A stretch of 64,000 nt of DNA from Candidatus Latescibacterota bacterium (lineage in GTDB: Bacteria; Latescibacterota; UBA2968; UBA8231), in contig OZ241889.1 in NCBI GenBank assembly GCA_965203355.1, positions 3,200,001 through 3,264,000 of the forward strand. Reading direction: 5' to 3'. Positions 29,777 through 38,880 of this stretch are shown piece by piece. The number at the start of each line of letters is the position of its first letter. Positions within the stretch are counted from its first letter, which is position 1. The notes below the pieces were generated by a model. It was not told the origin of the DNA. It ran no database searches and saw only the letters and a list, made by a program, of their open reading frames with translations. The position numbers and the translations under genes were made by a program.

Positions 29777-32281
29777 TTAGCGCAACAATCGGGCCATCTT
29801 TTGCCTCTTGTGCTTCTCGGCATAGTCTAACGGCGTCCGACCTTTATCGTCCTTGGAATTGGGATTGGTCCCCTTGTCTAACAGCACTTTAGCGGTCTCG
29901 AGAGCGTTGTGTTGGGCAGCGTAGTGCAGCGGCGTCCGACCCTTCTCATCCTTGCTATTAAGATAGCCCTGGCCTCCCATGTCTATCAGCACTTTAGCGG
30001 TCTCGAGAGCGTTGTGTTGGGCCGCATAGTGCAGCGGCGTCATACCCTTCGCGTCCCTCGGACTGAGAGCGGCGCCCTTGCCTCTAAGCACTTTAGCGGT
30101 CTCTGAAGCGTTGTGTTGGGCCGCATAGTGTAGCGGCGTCCGCCCCTTCGCGTCCCTGGGATTGCTGCCTATCAGCACTTTGGCGATCTCGAAAGCGTTG
30201 TGTTCCGCCGCATAGTGCAGCAAGCCTTTGCCGTCTTCGTCGCTGGAAAGAGCCGACAAAGTCTCGAAAGCCTTGGCTATCGCAGGTTGTTCTTCATACA
30301 GCCGGCCGCGATCTTTGGCATCCTTGGCATGGTCCGGGTCCTCTTGTTTCAACACATGCTCTAAGGTGCTAAGTAACGAACCGCTCTGTGAAAGCTTCCC
30401 CCGCAGATCCTTGTGCGACTTGGCGATGTCTAACGGCGCCCTACCATTCTTGTCCGCGATGCCGATATAGCCCCCCTTGTCTATCAGCATTTTAGCGACC
30501 CTGAAAGCGCTGCACCATATCGCATAGTGTAGCGGCGTCTGACCGTCATTGTCCTTGACGTTGACAAAGGCCTCCCTGCCGATCAGCACGTTAGCGGTCT
30601 CACAAGCGTTGTGTTGGGCCGCATAGTGTAGCGGCGTCCGCCCCTCCGCGTCCCTGGGATTGCTGCCGCTCAGCACTTTAGCGATCTTGAAAGCGTTGTG
30701 TTCCGCCGCATAGTGCAGCAAACCTTTGCCGTCTTGGTCGTTGGAAAGAGCCGACAAAGTCTCGAAAGCATTGGCTACCGCCGCATTGCCCTCGTCTGTG
30801 GTATTGGGTTCCTCATACGGCCGATCGCTATCTTTGGCATCCTTTAGACCATTTAGTAAATCGGTAATACGTTTGAAGAAGTCCGTGTCCCCTTGCGACC
30901 CTGCCGCCGGCTTCTCGACCGGCTGACGATCCTGACTCGGGGGTTGGATATGCACGATCTGTCCTGCTGACGCCGGCTTCTCGACCGGCTGCCGCCACAT
31001 TTTTTGCAATTCCTCGACACTCTTCTGATCCGGTACCAACGACTCAAGAACCTGAGCAAGCGCGTTGAGCATCTTCTCTTTCACTCGAGCTAGCTCCTCC
31101 TTGATAGGAGCAAAATCTCGATTTTGGGCTTTCATGATCTCGGCGATCTTTTCTCCAAGCACATCCTGCACTTTCTCATCAACAACCCACTTATTCAAGT
31201 CAAGATCGAGCTTGTTCAGTTCCCTCATCAGCACCTGGGCACTCTGCTCGTCTTGGCCTATGGCTTCTTCATACATCGAAAAAATCGCTTCCATCTCCGA
31301 TTTCATCTTAGCCCCCAACGCAGCCGGCTTGAATGCTTGGTTCTGGTCGCGCAAAAATTCCTTTAGAGGCTGCCCTTCACACAGATACTCTTCGCGGTGA
31401 TTGGCACTATACGCGCAGATGCCCACCGGCTCCAGTTCGTCGTCCGCGAGAATATCCTTAACATCCGTCAGGATGGCTTGCCGATCACTAGGGGACTTCG
31501 TGTCCGCCTTGTTCAATACCACATACAACGGCAACCCGTTCAACTCCAAGTTTTGTAAAAAGTCCAAATCGTCACTCGGCATCGTACCCGTCGCGTCTAA
31601 GCCGATCATCCAAATCAAAGCATCCCGATCCTTGAGAGCGACCACCGCTGTATTCCGATCCTCAGTGGTGTCACCTCCAGCCGGATTATAGCCCGGCGTG
31701 TCGATCAGGTAGATGTGCTCAAACAAGCCCTCTTGCAAAGGTATTTCAACGGTGATAAAGGGTAGAATAGCTCGGAGATCAAGGTCGTCTTTAGCATCGT
31801 GATCGTGCGAAAATTCCTTGTAGAGAGTCGGCGCAATATCTGCGGTGGCTCCTGAGCGGGAAAAGCCCTTTATCGAGATCGACCGGCTAGACAGCACATA
31901 CGACGGGATCTTCGTGGTCGGTGTAAGGCCAACAGATAGCTGAAGATCCGACGACCGAACAAAGCTATTGACAAACGACGACTTACCGCTGCTAAAGCCG
32001 CCGCCAATGGCAACCGAGTGCTTGGTAAAGGTGTGCGGAAAGGCCACGATCTTTTCCAACCGTTTTAAAAAATCCTGCAAGCGTGTAACGGCCAACGCCT
32101 CGTTTGCCAACGACGACTCCTTGCCGGCAAACTCCATAAAGTCCTCCTCGAAAGTCCGCTTAAAATGCTCAAAAGCCTCATTCTCACTCGGCTTCTTGCT
32201 GAGCAGATTGGTAATCAAGGCGTACTTTTGCTGCAAAACCTCCAAGTCTGCTTTGGTGCGCTCGTACTCTGTGCGGCTCAT
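29777..32281 (-). CDS. Dynamin-like GTPase fused to C-terminal ankyrin repeats
   Basis: G1 GGFSSGKS, G2 PTT, G3 DTPG and G4 NKAD, then a helical stalk, then about 9 G.TPLHYAA..N-type ankyrin units in two duplicated blocks. Confidence 0.88.
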   Translation of the reverse strand: MSRTEYERTKADLEVLQQKYALITNLLSKKPSENEAFEHFKRTFEEDFMEFAGKESSLANEALAVTRLQDFLKRLEKIVAFPHTFTKHSVAIGGGFSSGKSSFVNSFVRSSDLQLSVGLTPTTKIPSYVLSSRSISIKGFSRSGATADIAPTLYKEFSHDHDAKDDLDLRAILPFITVEIPLQEGLFEHIYLIDTPGYNPAGGDTTEDRNTAVVALKDRDALIWMIGLDATGTMPSDDLDFLQNLELNGLPLYVVLNKADTKSPSDRQAILTDVKDILADDELEPVGICAYSANHREEYLCEGQPLKEFLRDQNQAFKPAALGAKMKSEMEAIFSMYEEAIGQDEQSAQVLMRELNKLDLDLNKWVVDEKVQDVLGEKIAEIMKAQNRDFAPIKEELARVKEKMLNALAQVLESLVPDQKSVEELQKMWRQPVEKPASAGQIVHIQPPSQDRQPVEKPAAGSQGDTDFFKRITDLLNGLKDAKDSDRPYEEPNTTDEGNAAVANAFETLSALSNDQDGKGLLHYAAEHNAFKIAKVLSGSNPRDAEGRTPLHYAAQHNACETANVLIGREAFVNVKDNDGQTPLHYAIWCSAFRVAKMLIDKGGYIGIADKNGRAPLDIAKSHKDLRGKLSQSGSLLSTLEHVLKQEDPDHAKDAKDRGRLYEEQPAIAKAFETLSALSSDEDGKGLLHYAAEHNAFEIAKVLIGSNPRDAKGRTPLHYAAQHNASETAKVLRGKGAALSPRDAKGMTPLHYAAQHNALETAKVLIDMGGQGYLNSKDEKGRTPLHYAAQHNALETAKVLLDKGTNPNSKDDKGRTPLDYAEKHKRQKMARLLR

Positions 32282-34524
32282 GGGTTCACCTCCATATTAT
32301 CCAGTTCGCCTTTAACAGCACTAATTCTCTTTAGCTCCATTTCCTTGTTTTTAACGGAGTTCTCAAGCGAGACCAGCTCTCTTTGGTATCGCTCTAGTAG
32401 CTGCTCTGCCAAGGAATATTTGCTCATTTCTTCTTCTAGAGATTTGACGTATTTATTTATCTCACCCCTCAATTCATCTACGAATTCACCGATATAGACA
32501 TTCGCCTCATTAATAAATTTTTCCGCGGCTTTTTCTTTCAACAAGCCTTGGGACCGTAGAGATTTCGGCAGCTCTTTTGAGTAACTAAACTCTGAGATAG
32601 TTATGGCGTTGACAGTGCGCCTGGCCACTCTCCTTATCATCGCGGCATCCAACTGATCTTCGTCAAAACTCTCTCGCAACTCTTTGGTAGCGGATTTGAG
32701 GACATCGCTACGCCACTCTTCCTTTTTTTGTTCTGCCAATTCACCGAGAGAATCCGTCAAGTTTTGGTGGAATTCCGACAGCCCACTTAAAAAGGTACCT
32801 GTGCGGATGGTTTTATATTCCACCTGTTTGTATTCAGGGCTTCCCCAGAACTTCCACCAAGGCTTCTCTATTTCCACCCGTCCTTTACCTATACCTGTCG
32901 CCTTATCAAGAGCCTCCTCCAAAGCTTCTTTGCTGAGTTTACGCAAGGCTTCCTTTTTCAACTCGCTTATAACCTTCTGAATAGACTCTTGATATCCCAA
33001 GCTGACGTCCTCAGAAGCATTGCTGAGATTAGTTTTCAAAGCCTCTCTCTTCTTCTTAATGGTCTGAACATCTTCGCGTTCAATGTTATTTTGCATCTCC
33101 TCGACATGGTCGGACAAACCAGTGCGTAGAGCGCGAAGAGAACGGTGTTTGCCCTGGACGTAATTGCCAATCCGATTCTTGAGAATCTCCTCTTTCTTCG
33201 CCCGCACCTGTTCGACGATCGCCTGAATCGTCGACATATTGGCCAGCTTGTCCAAATTGCTCTTCGCCGATTGCTCATTCGAGAAATAATCTGGATACTC
33301 CCTCTGCAAACTGCTCCACACATGAACCATCCCTTCGTCCCAGCCCTCCTGCTGTCCAAAGCGTTGCTTCATACTTTCGCAAAGCCCCGCCGAGTGGATA
33401 ACCCTGCTCTGACCTTCAATCAACTGGTCATAGGCATCTTTCACCTCGGGATTACTTTCTTTGAGATCCTCGATAACCTTTTTCAAGTGGTGCCCAAGTT
33501 CTTGGGTGATAGCGTTCAACACGCGATCTAGCTGTCCGTCGTTTTCTACCTTCATATTGCTAAACATTTGGGTATCTACTTGGGCCGCCACGACATATAG
33601 CTCTCGGACGCCCTCCTTGCTGGTAATTCGGTCCATCAGTTCCATATCTTCGTGAGAAATAAACTGACCCGCCGGACTGACGACTAGCACCACGTCGCAT
33701 TTGCTTAAATACTCGCGGGTGCGCGCCTCACGCGACTGAATCGGATCGTTGATCCCGGGGGTATCTACGATCTGTATGTCCTTTAGGTTGTCTTGCGGCA
33801 GCAGGATGTTGACGCTCTTGGTAAAAGGCATGTATGGACCATCGGCACCCACGTACTCCGCCAGTTGGCTTTGCAAATCCGCCAGACCGCCCGACAAATT
33901 CAGCACCTTACTTTTGCCCAAACTCCCAATGGACGTATTGCTGTTGTCGATTTTCTCGCATTGCTCGTAAGACGACGCGAGAACGGGATTTTTATCGCGT
34001 ATCTCCCTTGTTGCTCGACGCTGCGCCTTTTCCTTGTCCTCAGTTGTGTGGCCTGCTACTTTTCTCACCGCCTTCCCAAGTCTGCTCTCTCCTTTCTCCA
34101 AAAGCTCATCTAAAAGATCACGCACGCGCTCCTGCACTTGCTTTTCGTAATCCCGAGCCTGAGCCTTCATATCCTCAATATCCGCAGGAGTAAAAAACTC
34201 CACTTCCGCCTGTACCGAATCCCCGTGCGAAAGGGTCGTCAAAGCAGCCGTCATTGGGGTCGCCGCCTTGGGCAAAATGCTCTGTCCCTCGAAGACCAAG
34301 GCGTTCAAAAGCGAGGACTTCCCCGACTTGACCCGCCCGACAATACCAATCCTCAGCAACCGTTCATCATCTTCAATCTCGGCCAATTCGGCTTGCAGTT
34401 TCTTGGCTGAGGGGATGCTGTGCGTTTGGTCCAAACTTGTTGCTTCATCGCCGAGAAGATCGCTGTACTTATCAACGACCTGATCCAGCTTTTCGCGGTA
34501 TGCTACAATGCCAATATGTTCCAT
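32278..34524 (-). CDS. Dynamin-like GTPase (LeoBC/DLP-like, unsplit)
   Basis: GRVKSGKS, PMTA, DTPGINDP..SRE..T and a long coiled-coil stalk with a KPWWKFWG aromatic paddle; AAGGAG RBS. Confidence 0.85.
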   Translation of the reverse strand: MEHIGIVAYREKLDQVVDKYSDLLGDEATSLDQTHSIPSAKKLQAELAEIEDDERLLRIGIVGRVKSGKSSLLNALVFEGQSILPKAATPMTAALTTLSHGDSVQAEVEFFTPADIEDMKAQARDYEKQVQERVRDLLDELLEKGESRLGKAVRKVAGHTTEDKEKAQRRATREIRDKNPVLASSYEQCEKIDNSNTSIGSLGKSKVLNLSGGLADLQSQLAEYVGADGPYMPFTKSVNILLPQDNLKDIQIVDTPGINDPIQSREARTREYLSKCDVVLVVSPAGQFISHEDMELMDRITSKEGVRELYVVAAQVDTQMFSNMKVENDGQLDRVLNAITQELGHHLKKVIEDLKESNPEVKDAYDQLIEGQSRVIHSAGLCESMKQRFGQQEGWDEGMVHVWSSLQREYPDYFSNEQSAKSNLDKLANMSTIQAIVEQVRAKKEEILKNRIGNYVQGKHRSLRALRTGLSDHVEEMQNNIEREDVQTIKKKREALKTNLSNASEDVSLGYQESIQKVISELKKEALRKLSKEALEEALDKATGIGKGRVEIEKPWWKFWGSPEYKQVEYKTIRTGTFLSGLSEFHQNLTDSLGELAEQKKEEWRSDVLKSATKELRESFDEDQLDAAMIRRVARRTVNAITISEFSYSKELPKSLRSQGLLKEKAAEKFINEANVYIGEFVDELRGEINKYVKSLEEEMSKYSLAEQLLERYQRELVSLENSVKNKEMELKRISAVKGELDNMEVNP

Positions 34525-34598
34525 TTTACTTCTCCTTTTAGATAACGTCTGGTACTCTCTTGAGTGGGAGATGCTTCGCTGCGTTCAGCATCGCTGGT

Positions 34599-36296
34599 TT
34601 AGGTGAAAATCGCTTGCTGGGCCTGTGAGCGAATGGTATCGCGAATGGTGGTAAGCTCGGCGATGGTCTGCTCCGTATTGCTCTTTTCGTCTTGCTTGGC
34701 TTGCTCGGCCGCGGCGATTTGGCTCCGCCTCTCTTGGATATGCGAATCCAATGCCTTGGCCTGCTCGTCGATCAAAAGGCTCACCTGCTCCTCGAAATGC
34801 TTGGGCAGTTCGCTGCGAATTTTGCTCTTGACATCCGGGATTACCGTTCCAATCAACTGGTCTCGGATTTGCTGCTCTTGCTTCCTCTTCTGAAAGCGGC
34901 CAATAATTTCGGGCAAGAAGAACAAAGCGAGCCCCAAGATGGGTTGTAAGAGGGTAATGGTCAGCGTGGTGACCACAGCGCGGTACATCCACTTTGTTTG
35001 TGAACTGGTGCCTCTCCCGAGGATTTTGTCCACCTCAGGCAACCCTCCAACTTTCGCCGCCAACTCTTCAGAGTTTGCGCCCGAGTACTGGCCCAAAACC
35101 GAGTCCATATTGAGACGGCCGACCAAATCCTCCTCAATTTGCCGGTGTAGCCGATCCATCGCCTCCTCCGTATGTCTCACAAGCGATGTGCGGACGATTT
35201 CCGACACTTCACGGTTTAGCGCACTTTGGGCGTTTTCTCCGCTGGACATAGCCAGCTTCGTTAGGTCTTCTACGGCCGCTTCCAAATCCGCGCCGACCCC
35301 TTCCACAATGGTGTTGACCCGGCTGGTGGAATACCGCGTGCGAATGTCTCGAATCATCTCTTCCTTTTGGCTCTGCAATTTCTGTAGATCGGCGGCAAGT
35401 TCGTCGATGGCCTCTTGGTTTTCCCGTGAGTCCCGTTGCAGTGCGCTGATACACGTGTTCAGGCTGCCATCGAGTTCCAAAGAGTGCGACTCCAAGCGGG
35501 AACCCCACCGCTCGGCGAACAGCTTTTCTGGATCGATGGCCTTGAGCATCTTGGCCAAGGTCTCCCCGCCATCCATGCCCAAAGTCTCAACAGGCGCGGA
35601 AAGCTCAAAGTCATCCTTTAGCCGATCCTGGATCTTGGTGGCAATCTCTTGGACCTCGGTGGGCGCACGCAGATTCGCCTTGCTTAGGAACACGGAGAAC
35701 TCCTTGCCGACCTGGTGGATTTCGGATAGCTGCCGCTCGATGGAGCGCGTGAGAGTCCCCTCCTCCACGCTGGTCAAGCCCACGTAGTAGCTTCCTTTAT
35801 TGAGGTAGGTCAAAATGGCGCGGTGATGTAAATCCCACGGCGCGTCAAAACCCGGCATATCTACCAGCACCAAGGGGAGAATCCTGTGCAGGGACTCGCT
35901 ATTGAGAAAGACCCGCACATATTGGTATTGGCGGGCGCGCGCTTCGTCGTTGTGAATCGCATCCAGCTCCTCAAGGGCGAAGCGGTCCGCCTCCCCATCC
36001 TCCTTGACCGCCTCGATATACTCGCTTGCCGAATGCCGCAGCTCGGTCGCCAACGCAGTCTTCGGGTTAATGCCCACTGGCAGGCACTCAGAGCCTAAAA
36101 AGGAATTGATCAAGGTACTCTTGCCCGCACTAAAAGCCCCGACCACCGGCACGATCAGCTCGGCCTCGGCCAAGTTTTGCTTTAATGGCTCTATCGACTG
36201 GATGTTCTTTTCTATCGCCTCCATAGAGCGGGCTTTGCTCAATTCGGCTTTGACTCCATCGAGATAAGCGAGAAACTGTTGTTGCGTCTGTAGCAT
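34599..36296 (-). CDS. Dynamin-like GTPase (LeoA-like)
   Basis: VVGAFSAGKS, P.TA.ATEL, LVDMPGFD and LSK motifs, with a hydrophobic hairpin ..LGLALFFLPEII near the C-terminus; GGGAGG RBS. Confidence 0.88.
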   Translation of the reverse strand: MLQTQQQFLAYLDGVKAELSKARSMEAIEKNIQSIEPLKQNLAEAELIVPVVGAFSAGKSTLINSFLGSECLPVGINPKTALATELRHSASEYIEAVKEDGEADRFALEELDAIHNDEARARQYQYVRVFLNSESLHRILPLVLVDMPGFDAPWDLHHRAILTYLNKGSYYVGLTSVEEGTLTRSIERQLSEIHQVGKEFSVFLSKANLRAPTEVQEIATKIQDRLKDDFELSAPVETLGMDGGETLAKMLKAIDPEKLFAERWGSRLESHSLELDGSLNTCISALQRDSRENQEAIDELAADLQKLQSQKEEMIRDIRTRYSTSRVNTIVEGVGADLEAAVEDLTKLAMSSGENAQSALNREVSEIVRTSLVRHTEEAMDRLHRQIEEDLVGRLNMDSVLGQYSGANSEELAAKVGGLPEVDKILGRGTSSQTKWMYRAVVTTLTITLLQPILGLALFFLPEIIGRFQKRKQEQQIRDQLIGTVIPDVKSKIRSELPKHFEEQVSLLIDEQAKALDSHIQERRSQIAAAEQAKQDEKSNTEQTIAELTTIRDTIRSQAQQAIFT

Positions 36297-36628
36297 GTTG
36301 ATACCTCCCTAGGTGGTGATGTGCAGACCCGGACATGGCGCACAAAGCAACCAAACGACGACTTTGCCGGATGGAGCACACGGGTACGCTACGGTGCCGC
36401 GAAAAATTCGGTTTTCTTGGGGTTAAGTTTTGCAGCGATCCCGCATCTTCTCTTAAACGAGGTTGACGTTGCAGCCCCCTCGGGGGCCGGGCAGTGTCTA
36501 ACTCACGCAAGTTTTGATGCGGGAAGTTCCTACTTATTCGCAGAGCGGTTAGGAGCTACCTAGCCACTTTGCATAGGCTATTGTATTCAGCAGGCCACCC
36601 GACATGGGGGGCTTGCATGAGTTAGACG
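36297..36628 (-). ncRNA. Candidate structured 5' leader or ncRNA of the dynamin operon
   Basis: A 16-bp inverted repeat (36496-36511/36612-36627) has one mismatch, which becomes G-U on the minus strand. A perfect 9-bp inverted repeat (36439-36447/36516-36524) crosses it, and there are at least 4 internal hairpins. Confidence 0.5.
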
Positions 36629-36634
36629 GGCTTA

Positions 36635-36663
36635 AAGATATATAAGCCATTGCAGGAATACAA
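36635..36663 (-). promoter_or_regulatory. Predicted sigma70-type promoter for the dynamin operon
   Basis: Minus strand TTGTAT (36663-36658), a 17-nt spacer, then TATCTT (36640-36635). The +1 would fall at about 36628-36627. Confidence 0.5.
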
Positions 36664-36784
36664 TAGGAAGACAAGAAGATTTTAGTTCGGAGAGGCACTT
36701 CGCAAGAGCTTCAAAACGCACCGCTAGCTAAATCATTATAGATGATATATGGCGGGCTGGGACTGTGGCCCAAGTCTAAAGCCA

Positions 36785-37780
36785 CTAAGCCTTGGGCACC
36801 TTCACCACCTGCCCGGTTTCCCAGCTTTCGATGAGTGCTTCAATCACGAGCTGCACCCGCAAGGCGTCCGCCCCTTTGGCATCCACCTGCTCAGGTGGAA
36901 CTTGGTTTAGCAAATCGTCGATCCACGCGTTGATCCGCGCCGGAAAGGTATCCGCAAAACCGCCCATGCCCCCGAGGTGATCGTAGCTTTCCACCTCGCG
37001 TGAAAAGCGCGGGTAAAACGTCAGCTTCTCGCAGGCTTCGTTGATGATGATCCGCCCCTCCGAGCCGACCAATTCCAAGGTCTCCAAGCCGTAGCTTCCG
37101 CCGGCGTCGTACGACCCCGTTAAATGCCCGATGACGCCATCCTCGTACAGCAGATTCGCCTGCACATTGGACCAAATTTGCCGACCTTTGCCTTTCTTAA
37201 AAAAGGCGTGTACCCGATCCACCCCGCCAGCGAAATAGCTCATCACGTCCAGTGAATGGGGATGCAGGGCGCGGATGTGGAACCACGGACTTGATTCGTT
37301 GGGATTGTTGATCCACATGGTCATGTTGACCATCTGCAACGCGCCGAGCCGCCCGTTAGTCAGCCATTCCTTGGCTTTGACGGCCGCCGGCGTAAAGCGG
37401 TGGTTCAGGTTGATTCCGTAGGGCAACTCTTTTTCGGCGGCCAAGGCCACCATCTGGCGCGCCTTGGGAATTTCATTGGAAATCGGCTTCTCGCCCAACA
37501 CCGGAATGCCGGCCTGCAAAAGCGCCATCGTCGGCTCGTAGTGATCGCCCCCGTTCTCCACCCCCGCCGTGGTCACCGAGCAGGCGTCGAGCCGCAGGCC
37601 GCTGGCGACCATTTCCTCGACCGAGTAAAAGGCCCGCGCCCCATAGGACGCAGCCGCTTGGTCCGCTTGTTCTTTAATCATATCGCACACGGCGACGACC
37701 TTTGCGTTTTCGTGTGCCGTGTAGCAACGGGCGTGATTATTGCCAATTCCACCCATGCCGACAATCCCAATGTGCAGCAT
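36785..37780 (-). CDS. Gfo/Idh/MocA family oxidoreductase
   Basis: MLHIGIVGMGGIG, EKPIS, NHRF and H.LD motifs; AAGGAG RBS before ATG 37780. Confidence 0.9.
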   Translation of the reverse strand: MLHIGIVGMGGIGNNHARCYTAHENAKVVAVCDMIKEQADQAAASYGARAFYSVEEMVASGLRLDACSVTTAGVENGGDHYEPTMALLQAGIPVLGEKPISNEIPKARQMVALAAEKELPYGINLNHRFTPAAVKAKEWLTNGRLGALQMVNMTMWINNPNESSPWFHIRALHPHSLDVMSYFAGGVDRVHAFFKKGKGRQIWSNVQANLLYEDGVIGHLTGSYDAGGSYGLETLELVGSEGRIIINEACEKLTFYPRFSREVESYDHLGGMGGFADTFPARINAWIDDLLNQVPPEQVDAKGADALRVQLVIEALIESWETGQVVKVPKA

Positions 37781-37815
37781 TGCAAACTCCTTGTTGATTT
37801 TGAATTGCGAAACTT

Positions 37816-38880
37816 CTAGCCGGCCACCGGCCTGGGCAGTTCCACGCCCAGCTCGGCCGCCAAGGCCCGGATCTCGGCCCAAGCCGTCTCATCCACGTAC
37901 AGACCATCGCGCCGCCGCGCCTGCAACCGCTGGTGCGCCCGCTCGCCCGGCAGCCAGACCTCGGCCACGCCGGGCGCGGGCGGACACGACTTGACCCATT
38001 CGACAAAGGCCGCGACCTCGGCGTAAAATTCGTCCAACGGCAAAAAAGCCGCAACATTGAGCACGGCGATAAACAGCGCGTTCCCGGTGCGCTCGGGCGC
38101 TTCTTGCGTCATCCCAGCCCCGGAAAGCGACCCGGCCAAAACATCGACTAGCGCGGCAAGCCCGTAGCCCTTATGCCCGCTCTGCGGGAAACCGAGCGGC
38201 AAAATGGCACCAGCGGGCGGGCCGTAGTACGCATCCACACTCGTCGTCGGGCGGCCTGCTGAGTCGATCAGCATTCCGGGCGGGGCATCCTCGCCCCGGT
38301 TGTGCCAAAGCCGCATATCGCCGCCGGAAATCATGCTCGTCGTCATGTCGAGAATTACCGGCCACGGGCCGCTGGTGGGAATGCCGCAGCAGATCGGATT
38401 CGTCGGCAGGCGACGGCTGCGGCCACCAAAGGGCGCCACCGCCCCATCGCCACCGTGCCCGTTAGCCGCGATGAGCGCAATGCAGCCGACGCGCGTAGCG
38501 ATTTCGGCGAAACGCCCCAGCCGCGCTACGTGATTGCAGTCGCGCACCCCGACGACCGCCACCGCACCGTCGCCGAGCTTGTCCAGCGCCCAGCGCACGG
38601 CCTCGGTGGCGGTCACCGGACCGTAGTTCCACTGGCCGCTCAGCCGCCCGCCGCACTGGCTCTCGTCCAGCACGACCAACTCGGCTCCAGGCTCGACTTG
38701 GCCCTCGCGCACCATGTTCGCGTATTGGGGCAACCGCAACACGCTGTGGGTATCGTGCCCCATCAGCCCAGCTTCGACCAAGTGCTCGGCTACCAACGCC
38801 GCATCGTCCGCCGGGACGCCGACCCGCCGCAAGCAAGCGTGCGCCAGCGCATCGAGGTCTTCAGCCCGCAACGTGGGCAC
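37816..38880 (-). CDS. Ldh2 family (malate/lactate/ureidoglycolate) dehydrogenase
   Basis: GHDTHS, NHVARLG, VAPFGG..RRLPTNP, LDM.TS, GHKGYGL and LPGE motifs. Confidence 0.9.
   Translation of the reverse strand: MPTLRAEDLDALAHACLRRVGVPADDAALVAEHLVEAGLMGHDTHSVLRLPQYANMVREGQVEPGAELVVLDESQCGGRLSGQWNYGPVTATEAVRWALDKLGDGAVAVVGVRDCNHVARLGRFAEIATRVGCIALIAANGHGGDGAVAPFGGRSRRLPTNPICCGIPTSGPWPVILDMTTSMISGGDMRLWHNRGEDAPPGMLIDSAGRPTTSVDAYYGPPAGAILPLGFPQSGHKGYGLAALVDVLAGSLSGAGMTQEAPERTGNALFIAVLNVAAFLPLDEFYAEVAAFVEWVKSCPPAPGVAEVWLPGERAHQRLQARRRDGLYVDETAWAEIRALAAELGVELPRPVAG

Noticed and set aside
36430-36630. 16-bp inverted repeat as a retron msr-msd a1/a2 pair
   Set aside because: No reverse transcriptase is adjacent or anywhere in the window, so it is kept only as a generic structured RNA.
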